Shown: piece by piece, positions 25,179 to 36,964 of the stretch | How positions within the stretch are numbered: position 1 is the first letter of the stretch | Layout of the letters: each line of letters opens with the position of its first letter | Assembly: GCA_951406725.2 (NCBI GenBank) | Contig: OX597819.1 | Coordinates: forward strand, 124,062,001 to 124,126,000 | From: Octopus vulgaris | Lineage: Eukaryota | Direction: 5' to 3' | Length of the DNA: 64,000 nucleotides | Program-made: the position numbers and the translations under genes | Notes under the pieces: generated by a model | What the model saw: only the letters and a program-made list of their open reading frames with translations | The model's database searches: none | Told to the model about the DNA's origin: nothing

Positions 25179-25765
25179 CATTTTGGAGTAGTTATCTCCT
25201 CATTCGTCACAGATACCAGGCAGACAACAATACAAGCTGAAGTAAGAGGCTGAGAGCTGATCTAGGTATATACACACCATTTGTCAATAAGCAAGATATA
25301 TTCTCCATGACAAAACGCAGTGAGTAGTTAGTTTGTTCCCCAGTTTGAATGTGCATCAGGCATATTCGGACTGATAATAACAATACAACTTTACTTATCA
25401 GTACTTAGTGCTCCCCCTCCATAACTTACGTACGGTAAGCCACCGTATAGTGCTACCAGTCATCATACAGTGACTGGAAAAGCATAAGAGAGCTAATCTC
25501 CTTATTCAGCTCATAGTGTCATCTGCCTAGTGTCTGTAACTGATGAGGAGATAACTACTCCAAAATGCTAGCATCTCAGTCTAGGTAGATGGCACTGCGA
25601 GCTGATTTAGGTGTATACACACCATTTGTCAACAAAAAGGATATATTTTCCATGAGAAAATAGAGTGAACATCTTGTTCCCCAGTTCCAAAATGCATCAA
25701 GCATATTTGGACTGAAAATAGCATTGCAACTTTACTTATCACTGCTTAGCGCTCCCCCTCCATAA
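25179..25765 (+). mobile_element. Retrozyme-like / Penelope pseudo-LTR element: ~1.5 tandem units (period 345) preceded by an inverted partial copy
   Basis: 25254-25424 is a diverged direct repeat of 25599-25765. 25179-25250 is the reverse complement of ~25497-25567, including the hammerhead core. Confidence 0.72.
25507..25604 (+). ncRNA. Degenerate minimal type I hammerhead ribozyme on a long hairpin
   Basis: CTGATGA (25540-46), stem II GGAG/CTCC, AAAA in place of GAAA, palindromic stem III TGCTAGCA, then TC. Enclosed by CAGCTCATAGTGTCATCTGCCTAG pairing with CTAGGTAGATGGCACTGCGAGCTG. Confidence 0.72.
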
Positions 25766-25944
25766 TGTGGTTAGTCAAATTTACATCCTTACTTTTGCAA
25801 TCAACTGTAGAGCAATCTTAAAACTCTCTATATAAAAAAGAGACTTCGAAAAAGTACTCTAGGCAAAGCATCAAGTTAGGCTACCTCGGATAACTGAATA
25901 CAGTTAAGAATAGTTGTTCTTCTTGTTTCTCATCACTCAACATA

Positions 25945-26265
25945 TCTTCTTCTTCTTCTTCTTACAGCATTCACCCGGGGTACGTTGAGCTGGCTTTATT
26001 CATCCTCAATGCTGCATCTCTCACAAACGCCGACCGGGCCTGGCGATTTGAGGCTAACGACTGCGTGATCTCCAACCACTCCTTATTCCAGCATAAATGT
26101 GGGGGCCTAGGTTGGGTTCCAGACCAGCCTTGACTGTCATCAGCCAGGTTTTTCGTTGTCCACCACATCACTTTCGCCAACCCTGAAGGGGAGTTGGGGC
26201 AATTGCTTCGTAGATGAATTCTCCTGGTTGACGACGGAGGGCATGACCCAGCCAACGCAGACGTC
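25945..26265 (-). mobile_element. RTE-like LINE 3' end with (AAG)n tail (third family)
   Basis: Minus-strand peptide LGHALRR..GGQRKTW and (GAA)n tail. Confidence 0.7.
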
Positions 26266-26871
26266 TAGTTCAGTCATTTAAAGATGAGTATAAATTATTA
26301 TCTTGCACTGAGAAGTATCTCCAACACGAGGCTAAGAGGACCAAGTACAATGAGACAATAAGCCTTGGTGAGACAATAAACTCTTCTTTTTATAGACAGT
26401 AATCCATAAAGCGATCAATTCATTTAATATTCATTTTCCCAGTATATGACTTATGCACCTCTACAACAAGATCAAGAACATAAGAAGCCTATCTAGAGCC
26501 GCTTCCAGCTGTGAGCCGCTATTATGAAGATCATAATAGCAGTTGCCCTGGCAGCATCTAAATCTTGACTTTCTTACTGCCATTTCCAACAACTCAAGAA
26601 GAATCGTAAAGCCAGATGTTCTTCATTCTATTTGAATTTAGAAAAACAATTCTATTTTTATCAATCTTTGTTCCAAAAGAAACATTAGGATTGTGATTGT
26701 TTCCAAGCAAAAAAAAAAGGTAGCATTAAACATTGCATATAGATTTTACATCATGTAAAATTGTTTGTGTGTTTATTCTGTGTATTTTAGCAAAATGGGC
26801 ATCAAACAGCATCAAAAGATTGAAAGACAGAGAATGACTTTTAGAAAAATATTCAACACAAATCTACTTAC

Positions 26872-27032
26872 ATTGGATAATGTATCAGAAACTGTACTGT
26901 TGCTACCAGGTGTAGAAGCTGGTTCTGATAAAGAGGTTTCTATGGAACCATCTGACATGGAATTAGGTAAGTTATTAGCGCAGTCTAATGTCACTAGCTG
27001 TCGACAAGTTTTATGACATGTGTATTGGCAAT
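26872..27032 (-). CDS. RASSF1: Internal coding exon of the RASSF1/5-like gene: second half of C1 (DAG/PE-type) zinc finger plus S/T-rich linker
   Basis: Acceptor TTTTCCATTTCAG|AT, donor AAT|GTAAGT, 161 nt, phase 1-0. Encodes (D)CQYTCHKTCRQLVTLDCANNLPNSMSDGSIETSLSEPASTPGSNSTVSDTLSN. The CxxxCHxxCxxLVxLDC pattern matches RASSF1A/NORE1A C1. Phase is compatible with the 9524 exon. Confidence 0.88.
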
Positions 27033-27327
27033 CTGAAATGGAAAACAAAGGAACAGTTATTAAAAGATTAAGAAAGAAAAAAATATAATTGAAGGGACTT
27101 ATTTGTATCATAACAAAAGCAGATAATCATGAGATTAGAAATAATTTATGGCTGAAGAAGAATACATTACTATGAATTTTAAGAGGTTATAGGAGATAAT
27201 GGTGTCATTGAGACCCAAAGGTGTCAGGTAATGCTGAATAAGTGCTATAGACAGACCATAATTAAGTTCCAGGTTCGGTAATATTGCGAATAAGGGTTCA
27301 ACGTTGGTTCTATGTCAGCGTGAGTAT

Positions 27328-27524
27328 ATATGAATTTTTTGCCTAATGAAATAAAAAACCAAGGCTGTATAGATATTAGCGCATTTACAGATAGGTCTTA
27401 CAGCTGTTTCTAGAATTATTATTAATTAATATTCTAGAAACAGCTGTAAGACCTTCTATCTATAAATGCTCTGATATCTATACAGCCTTGGTTTTTTTTA
27501 TCTCATTACACAAAAAATTCATAT
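27328..27524. repeat. ~197-bp imperfect palindrome containing hammerhead half-sites (GAAACAGCTGTA)
   Basis: Arms ATATGAATTTTTTG..CCAAGGCTGTATAGATAT..GGTCTTACAGCTGTTTCTAGAAT and its reverse complement, around a short AT loop. Confidence 0.9.
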
Positions 27525-27529
27525 GAATT

Positions 27530-29100
27530 TTAAGAGAGATTTTCTTTTTACGGTTCAAGTTAAGAAAATATATGAATCTGAATATGAGAGATGTTGTATG
27601 ATTTTACTTTTATACCTTTAATATGTAACACTGAGTGGGAAAATGGGATTAATTAGAAGTTAGAAAGCAATGGTTCTCTGGATTTTTAGATTGTATATGC
27701 TCCACACAATACATGGAATTAGCCAAGTTGTATGTACATAACAATATAATTTTACTCTGATCAATAGAGAAGAACAATATTAATTTCTCGAGTTTCTTGA
27801 AAAGAACTGAAGATGTCAAGTAGGCTAGGATCAGATTTACAACCAAATTAACCAAACAGAGTGAGAGACACAATTCTTGAACTGTAAAACATGAGAAGTC
27901 AACACCGGTTGAATTTTTGTTAAGGGACATAAATATTGTGAAACATTTTCCCACCCTAATAATAATTAGGGTGGCGATTTCTAAGTTTGACACAAGACCA
28001 CAAATTATTTCACCTTGTTTGAAGTGGAATTCTGAACCTTCCAAAAGGTGAGGGTATGCTCCACAGTTAGGACGACCACATTTTTTCACTTTTGGCTCTT
28101 GCGCTGTTTAACATTTTTTTTTAGTGACTTCGGTTGCATTTTGCTTTTTATAATTTTGTATGAGCTTAAAATTTCGTTCATTGTCTGCTGTGAGGATGGG
28201 AAGATTTTGGGTGATAATGTTGAAGGCTTCGTTGTTTCTAGGGTTATGTGTGGAAATGTACGGGAGTATTTTTAAGTCTGGTTTAGTATTTCGGCTAGTT
28301 TTCCTTAATCTTTGTATATCTATTTCCTTAGCTCTTTTAATGCCATCATTTATTAATGAGATTGGGTAATGTCTTTTAGTTAGTGTTGATCTAAGTTCAA
28401 GGAGTCTTTGTTCACGAGTATATGTATCCAAAACTATGGTACAGATTCTTTTCACTAGATTAAAAGGTATATTAATTTTTTTGTGTTTGGGGTGGCCAGA
28501 GTTAAATAATAGGTATTGTTTAGAATCTGTGGGTTTATAAAAGATGTCTGTTTCTATGTGGTTGTTAACTATTTTAATTAAGATGACTAGAAAAGGGAGT
28601 TGTTTACTGTTGTGTTCCAAAGTGAATTGTATATTGCTATGTATGTTGTTAAGCATTATTTTGAAATCAAGGAGTTTGTCCATGCTGTCTTTCCAAAGTA
28701 TGAAGCAATCATCCAAATACTTCTTCCAGTTCTCCTTTAAATAGCAATTAAAAGAGGCGCCAAACGGTGGGTTTCACAAGAAGGGCCAGCTATGATGGGT
28801 CTCAGTTTGAGGTCAGTAGGGGGAGGTACATTAATGCATAGGCTTGTAGAGACTTTGCAGGCTTCACAAACATGTAGATTTTTATGTATTTTGGGTAATC
28901 TATAGAACAGACTAGGACTGTATTTAAAATTAGATAAATAGTCTATTTCAAGTTTAGTGAGACCCTTTCCATGAATTTGGAGTAAGAAGGATAAGTTTTT
29001 CAGTGTTTTCTGTGGGTTGCATTGTATTAACTTCTCACAGTAAGTATTATTTTCCAACATGGAAAGATATCTCAAGGCACCATGGTTAGAGGAAACCATA
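27530..29100 (-). mobile_element. Penelope-like element (RT plus decayed linker/GIY-YIG region), internally deleted
   Basis: LPKIHK, LRPIIAGP, YLDDCFILW, IQFTLE..LPFL, TDIFYKPTD..YL.FNS.HP, KKCGRPNC. Confidence 0.92.
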
Positions 29101-29429
29101 TAAAAGCCAGTTGAATGGGTTGAGCCTGTAATTCAAAGGTCTAGTCTTGTCATGTACTCTGCCATACTGATTCAGCACAGGCATGTGTACCTATTAAGGG
29201 TACAATTGTTTGTGGAGTACTTAATAATTTACACATTTGAATTGAACTAAGTTTACTGCTTTATTGAATATATATGGATGCCTACAGAAATATACATACA
29301 GTTTTACAATTTATTGGGGAGCTAAAAAAAACATCTGCAGAAAGTTGAAAACATGTATACTAGTTTAGAAATTTAATTTTGTAAAGATAAATTATGATAA
29401 GAAAGTTCTAAAAATAGCAAATGTAGGAG

Positions 29430-29733
29430 GTACCATTCAAGCGGGATCGTTACCAGCATCGCCTTACTGGCACCTGTGCTGGTGGCATGTGTAAAAAATT
29501 CAAGCGAGGTTGTTGCCAGTACCACTTGACTGGCCCCCATGCCAGTGGCACGTAAAAGCACCCACTACACTCTCGGAGTGGTTGGCGTTAGGAAGGGCAT
29601 CCAGCTGTAGAAACTCTGCCAGATCAAGACTGGAGCCTGGTGCAGCCATCTGGTTCACCAGCCCACAGTCAAACCGTCCAACCCATGCTAGCATGGAAAG
29701 CGGACGTTAAACGACGACGACGATGATGATGAT
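29430..29733 (+). mobile_element. Family A repeat
   Basis: Two tandem units, family A 3' block and (GAC/GAT)n tail. Confidence 0.9.
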
Positions 29734-30732
29734 ATTCAAATAATTTACTGAGTGAAAGAATATTAGAACTTTTTGCAATAATGTATAGTGCCTAGCTTGA
29801 AATTCACTAAAACTACCAGAATTAACCAACAAAAGGATTTTTCCCCATTTTCTTTCAATAAAAATCAAATATTACTGACTGGCAGACGGACAGAAGTGGA
29901 TGGTCTTGTTTTTGATCGAAATTAAATATTACAAGTATAATCTGATAGGTGTACAACGTGAACATGAAAACATTCAAGTGAGATGAAACAACTGGCGATA
30001 ATTAATAAATTATGTGCAGTCCCGACATACAGAAAGGAGTGTGAAAATAGGATGGAATAAATAAAAAAAATACCTACAATGAACTAAAAAGCAAACCAGA
30101 AATTCCAAATGAATTAAACAAAAGCCAGTGTCTTCAGACGAAAAATAACCAAGAGCAGACATACGACAATAAGAGGAAGAACCTGTTTGACTTACACTGG
30201 CTTGGGAATGTAAATATTAAAACAATGGTGATGAAACAAATTTGGGTTATATTATCTTAAATTTCCCTCCTTCACAGAATAAAACTAGAATGTCTGTCTA
30301 TTAATTACAAGAAAATGCATGAACTTTAAATTAATGGCCTTATCATGTTCACATATACATTATCTATTAAATTATTTATGTAAATTTTAAATAATAAAAT
30401 ATTGATATAAATAAGATATTACCAGATCAGTGCAAAATGCATCTTTTACTTCATCTAAACTTGATCATCAGAAAAGAGCTAAACTAGCAACTATTTAAAA
30501 TGGTTAATACAATGTAAAATGTATTCACACATAATATACGGTTCTTCAGAATAAAAAAGCAAAAACGGTACTAAAACGTGTTAAGCTCACTTAAGATTTT
30601 TTTTCAATTTCTGAACATTAGCTATTTTTTAACATCAGCAAGCACATTTTTTAACATTTGCAAGCACAACCTGGCTTCTTGTTCCTAAGGTATTTTTTGA
30701 TGTTGCTGTTGTTGTTATTATAATTATTATTC

Positions 30733-30806
30733 AGGTCACTGCCTAGAATTGAACTCGGAATTTTGGGGTTAGTAGCCTGCCCTCTTAACCACTATGCCAT
30801 ATGCCC
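30733..30806 (-). other. tRNA-like (Pol III A/B box) unit followed by an (AAT)n/(AAC)n tail
   Basis: GGGCATATGGCATAGTGGTTAAGAG..GAGTTCAATTCTAGG. The cloverleaf is imperfect, so it is not called a tRNA gene. Confidence 0.6.
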
Positions 30807-30843
30807 GTGGGCAATTATGGAGTGAATTTTAGGGCTTATAAAT

Positions 30844-31340
30844 CTAATATTTTCTATCCTTCCTTAATACTGGTTCCCATATGCTGCTCACATCTGCACT
30901 CAATCTGCTTAGGAGGTTGTTGTGTCCTAGCATATCTGCTGCTGCTTTTAGTTTCCATATTTTCCAGTGGTGTTCTCTGTCTATTATTTTAACTTCATCC
31001 CACAGGGAGAGGTGGTCTCCATTTTCCCACACATGATCAGCTATACCTGATTTATCAATATCTCCTCGTGTCACAGCTTTGCGATGTTCCTCTACCCTTA
31101 TTTTGAGGGGGCAGCATGTTTTGCCTTTGTGTAACCTACCACAGCTGCATGGGATGGAGTAGACGCAGTCTTTGGTCATATTCTCTTCTAATGGTGGTTT
31201 TACTCGAAGGAGATATTTGCAAAGTGTTGTATTACTCTTGAATACTGACCTGATGTCATATAGGCCGTATATCTTTTGTATCTTTAAAGAGAGGTCTATC
31301 ACATAGGGGTAGACAGACTGTGGATAGTTATTTAGTTTCA
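30844..31340 (-). mobile_element. Penelope-like element GIY-YIG endonuclease fragment
   Basis: CVYSIPCSCGRLHKGKT..LKIRVEEHR..SGIADHVW....H..LWDEVKII. Confidence 0.9.
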
Positions 31341-31425
31341 TCCTCTTCATAATTAGAATGGATAGTATGAAGAAAAGAGGGGATGAAACCAATAAACTGT
31401 CCACACACAGATCTATTTTATTTTT

Positions 31426-31805
31426 GGAAGCACTCCGTCGGTTAGAACGATGAGGGTTCCGGCTGATCCAAATCAACGGAACAGCCTGCTCGTGAAATTA
31501 ACGTGTAAGTGGCTGAGCACTCCACAGACACGTGCACCCTTAACGTAGTTCTCAGGGATATTCAGCGTGACACAGAGAGTGACAAGGCCGGCCTTTGAAA
31601 TACAGGTACAACAGAAACAGGAAGTAAGAGTGAGAGAAAGTTATGGTGAAAGAGTACAGCAGGGATCACCACCCCCTGCCGGAGCCTTGTGGAGCTTTAG
31701 ATGTTTTCACTCAATAAACACTCACAGCGCCTGGTCTGGGAATCGAAACCGCGATCCTACGACCGCGAGTCCGCTGCCCTAACCACTGGGCCATTGTGCC
31801 TCCAC
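31426..31805 (-). mobile_element. SINE family D, body type 1
   Basis: Reverse complement of 7040-7420. ATCTATTTTAT flanks both sides. Confidence 0.92.
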
Positions 31806-33340
31806 ATCTATTTTATATAAGAAGATTAGATTAATTTTAGTTCCAGTGACACATATATACACAGAATAGGACAAATGTAATTTTATTGCACTTCAGCCTC
31901 CATTCAAAACCTGTAATGGCAGAGAGACACTTATTTAACTGGTTACATAGAAAGAAAGTAAGAACATAGATGCTCAACCCATTAACACACCAGCTTGGGT
32001 TTTTCGAAAACAGTAACAATATTGCTGCCATCCCTATTAATTAAACAGCTGTGATGATTGACGCCAGATAGAAAAGGCAGAGCTCACACACACACACACA
32101 TTACAACAGTATGCTATTGTACATACACAATCTTGCTTCCAATTCAAACAGAACATGCTTTGAAAGAGTTGACTCTCCAGCTTACCATTGATAATTTTGT
32201 TTCTAAATATCCCACCCTTCCAGCCACATTTTACTTAATGGATTCCATACAAACAAAATATCGCTTTTAAGAACATCCATAATAGCTACTAAATTGTGTC
32301 AAGACTGTGCATCAACAAGCTTTCATTTTCTGGTAACTTAAAATCGTATATCAGGGTGTTTTAGGCAAAAGAAAAACTCATTCAAATATATTTTTCAGTA
32401 AACAAGAACTTTGTTCATTTAAGCAAATGAAGGCGCTTCCACACGGAAGTTCAGTGTTTTAACCAAAACATCTTCAAACTCTGTAGCATTTAAAGATTAT
32501 ATTTTGCAATATCATGCACACAACCAAAAACCAAGATATCAAGTGAGCCAATGAGGGAGTTTCTAGAAATGACAGCCAAACCTCCCACAAAGAACATCCT
32601 GATAAAAAAATTGGTTGATCTTAGCTGAATACCTTTGATCATAAGTCCACACAATAAGAATTATTTGGGACTAAACAACAACCCCAAAAATGTCCAGGTG
32701 CAGGAACTATGACCTGCCCATTACGACAAATTGGCTTTACATCTTTAAGTCTATTATCCACTGAGATATGAACAAGGCTATATTCAACACCTACAAGCAA
32801 CATCATTCCAAAACATATAGACAGAAACTGACAGAATGAATTTCCTTTTAATAATACCTATATTTATAATTTCCAGTCGCAATCAAAACACATACACTTA
32901 CTTAATTAGCAATAACAACAGAAATGAAATATTATGAAATTAGTTTAAACTTTTCTTCCTCCTGATGGAATTTAATTGCTATTCAAATGGAACAGAAATT
33001 AAATACTATCAGGAAGAAGTAAGTTCAGACTTAGTTCATTAAAAAAATTAAAATGGTCCTTCTCAAGCCATGGCTCATATAGCCAAAACTGACCTCACCA
33101 GCACAGTGAGGTCAGTTTTGGCCTGGTTTTTATACCAAATGCCAACCACTTCAGTGTGGACTGGATGCTTGTTACATGGCACCAGTAGGGTCACCAAGTA
33201 AGACAAGGAATTTTGAGAGGGGAGAGGGGAGGGGGAACTGGAGGAGGTGATATTGTGTCAGATGATGAAAGATTAGTGTGATAGAGAAACAGAGAGGTAA
33301 AAACAGGTGTCTTGCTATAGAGGATGGTACATGGTTATCC

Positions 33341-33379
<39 letters not shown>

Positions 33380-34615
33380 GGCAAAAACAGGTGTGCTGCT
33401 GTAGAGGAGATGCATGGTTAACCAGCTTGAGGGAAGAGATGAGAGTGCCAGGGTATATGTATACATACAATTTTTTTCTTTCTCTTCTAATGTGTGTGTG
33501 TGTGTGTGTAACAAATTAAAAGGTTTGCTTATTAGCAATTAGAACCTAAAGACAAAATTAAAAGAGGCCACAAATTCGAAATTACAATATAGTTATGTAT
33601 GCCAGGGACTTACCTCCCTTTGTCAGTCATTAATTTAGTGCTTTAGTGGCTTTAGAGTTAATTTAACTCTTATTTTTAGCATAAGCAATGCTGAAAATTT
33701 ACTTGCTTCAAACTAGAATGAGTACCTACAACAGGTACGACAACTTTCCAAACACTGATGATTTAGAACCCCCTACAATTCACCCTAATTTATGAGCAGG
33801 AACTTCAAATACCGACCAGGCAACCCTATTTCACAGTACCTTCAACGGTACAAAATTAATAAACTTGAATCATTTATACTTGTGTGCAGGTACCTGTATT
33901 TCATTTAACTATTTAAGTAAAATTAATGTTTGTTTAATTTAGAGCTAACCACCACTGGTTTGTAAAAAGTCAGGAATCCAAAAAGGATTTGGAACCAAGG
34001 TCCCAAACTGATGCTGTACCAGTATTAATAAACCTAAATATATATGCACTCCCAGCGATAACTTAAATTTTAAAAAACCAAAGGAAAACTTAAATAATTA
34101 TAACTGCAACAAATTTGTCACAAAATAGCTATATTTGAAATAAAAATATTGCAAACCATAGTTTTATATGAATTTCTGACTAATAACTTCTTTTAAATGC
34201 TGTTAAATTTCCGGTATTACAGTACTACTTAAAAAAATTCTATACAAATCAATAGCTGTTGAGTTCAATATTAATATTTTATAATGACATTCAAGCTTGC
34301 CACTGAATAAAAAGCAACTTAATACTCCAATATAAATGATATATATACACATGTGTGTATGTATGTATATATTGGTAACATTCCAAAATATAAGCCTTGA
34401 TAATACCAAAAGGGTAGATTTACCAACTGGGCAGAAAGCCATCTCAAGTGCAATTTGATTAAAATAAGCAATTCCAGCTTGTTTGCCATTCTATAATTGA
34501 CTCTTGAGAAGACGCAACAGTAATGATATATAAAAAGAAATATTGATATCGACAATAAATTCAAAATAGTGAAAAGAATATTGAGTAGTAGTAAAAATGG
34601 GAAAAGCATTCTTAC

Positions 34616-34763
34616 CTCTAATTGAAATACACTTTAAACCAAGAAACACTGCTTTAGTAAAAAATATCCACATTGCTATGCCAAGGGTTGGTAAACAACC
34701 AAACAACTGATAATAGGCCCTATTAGTACAATGATATCTGATTGTTGCTAAAATGGTTTGCAT
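34616..34763 (-). CDS. Candidate alternative first coding exon of the RASSF-like gene (hydrophobic N-terminus)
   Basis: ATG at 34763 with an in-frame stop just upstream, 49 codons plus 1 nt, then a strong donor AG|GTAAGA. Phase 1 matches the 27032 exon (G+AT=Asp). Non-repetitive sequence. No homology recognised. Confidence 0.45.
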
Positions 34764-35709
34764 AATTCAAATATTGACTTATTTTAACTGGCTCAGTTTC
34801 TGAAGAAATACAGATAAATACAAAGATTTTGATTTCCTTCAAAGTTAACTTTTCACTTTCTTCATCATCAGATGATAACATTGCACATAAACATTCATAA
34901 AATATATTTTTTAAAAATTAAGAGTCCTTAGCTTCTTTCTTAAGTAGGCTTTTCAGAGAGGCCAACTACCGCTAAAGTTGTTTTCCAAGTATGTATTCCA
35001 TAAACACTGACCTTAAAGTGTTTAAATACTCTTTGTGCCTACTATCACAATTACAAAGAGCACTGCATGGCATATATATATATGTATACATACACACACA
35101 CATAAAAGATTTCAGATAGTGAGACAATTGCTCTTGTAAGAAAACAAAAGTGAATTTAAAATCAACTTTCTGGGATGTGTTTCAGTGAATACACACATGA
35201 CCAGGCTAAATTCTGTGTCAACAAGTAAAACGAACAAGTCCCAAGATAATTATAAGGCCAGTCTAATTACATATTTTGTAAGTAGCCCTGACATTATTTT
35301 CAAATACTACTCAAAACAGAAAATACCAGTTGTTTACTCTGTTTTAGTTTTTAATGACCAACGTTAACTATGATCTTCTCTCAGGACAAAACACGGACTT
35401 TGTCACAAAAATTTCTCTTTCCATATTTCAAATATTTTGAATGCTTTCTTTATTTATAGTTATTTGAATATGATTTTCTTTACTCATTTCTTGATAAATA
35501 AATTCATTGATAAATAAAACAAATATAAATAGAAATGAATAAAAATAATGAGTGGTACTTAAAAATTGACTACAGAGACTAAAGCTTACATCAAACATTA
35601 ATCTAATTTCATAGGAGCTATGTTCAGTGTACCTTGGTTTTAGAGGCAAGCTATGCTACACAGTGGTGCAGGAAACATGAAATAAAATATAAGCCCTCAG
35701 TTATATTAG

Positions 35710-35992
35710 ACTAGCACTATAACCCGGCATTCAATTGGCGTATCAAGTTTCGGGCATTTTGATTGGGTTTTGGATAGAAAATTCACAAAAAAGTCACTTC
35801 TATTGATTTTTTAATGGCTTTGCGGGGTGACTGGGGAAATGTAAAGATGTGCACGACCACCCTTGGACAGTTTTGAATGACCATAGAAAGTGCGAGCCCT
35901 CTAACTGAAAAATTGTGGATTTGTATAAAGGACACACACACACACATACACACAGACATTTTGCCGTTTATATATATAGAGAGATAGAGAGA
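35710..35992 (-). mobile_element. Non-autonomous Helitron-like element
   Basis: On the minus strand it begins TC(TC/TA)n and ends ..GCCGGGTTATAGTGCTAGT (CTAG terminus after a GC-rich subterminal motif). Internal CA microsatellite. No TSD seen. Confidence 0.7.
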
Positions 35993-36244
35993 TTACTGTT
36001 GCTCCTGCATTCATGGTACCTTTCAACACAGTTGTTATTCTACTCCCACTGGATTACTACACTCTGAAGATGACAGTCCAATCCTTACAACAGGCCTCTG
36101 CCATACTCCCATTTTATCAGTGTATAAAACTGGGACCAACACCAAGCAGTTCTAGCATTAAATTAAACAGCAGGACTTCTTTTACAACAGACAGACTAAG
36201 CCCAGCAACACCAGAAGTGTTGCCTACAACTAAATATCTGTCAC

Positions 36245-36660
36245 TTATTTATTTCTTTACTGCCCACAAGGGGCTAAACACAGAGTGGACAAACAAGGAT
36301 AGACAAACGGATTAAGTCCAGATTAAGCCGATTATATTGACCCAGTGAGTAACTGGTACTTAATTTATCGACCCCAAAAGGCAAAGTCGACCTCGGCGGA
36401 ATTTGAACTCAGAACGTAGCGGCAGACGAAATACCTATTTCTTTACTACCCACAAGGGGCTAAATACAGAGTGGACAAACAAGGACAGACAAAGGGATTA
36501 AGTCGATTATATCGACCCCAGTGCGTAACTGGTACTTAATTTATCGACTCCAAAAGGATGAAATGCAAAGTCGACCTTGGCGGAATTTGAACCCAGAACG
36601 TAGTGGCAGATGAAATACGGCTACGCATTTTGCCCGGCGTGCTAACGCTTCTGCCAGCTT
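36245..36660 (-). mobile_element. SINE family C, head-body-body dimer
   Basis: Body repeated with junction GACGAAATACCTATTTCTTTACTACCCAC. Flanked by TATCTGTCACTTATT duplication. Confidence 0.9.
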
Positions 36661-36964
36661 ATCTGTCACTTATTGTACACTGTTACCATCAACACTGATA
36701 CATCATCAAACGAATTGACATGGATGGTATAGCAGCAGCAAAGCAGCAGCAAATGCTTAACCATTTGCCAAATGGTGTTACAAAACCCCAACAATCACAC
36801 ACACACACAGAGGCACTCACATACATTCAAACACAACCTTTCATATGCATTTACACACACTTCACAACACTCATACTTATCTCCCTTTGTGCACCTCCCT
36901 TCTTCTCTACTAGAAACCAACAACTCTACCCACCAGTCTATCATTGCACAGCATATTCCATCTT

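Noticed and set aside
30844-31476. 210-aa ORF as an intact gene
   Set aside because: Its start lies within a SINE D tail and the GIY-YIG motif is mutated (LHKGKT), so it is a chimeric read-through.
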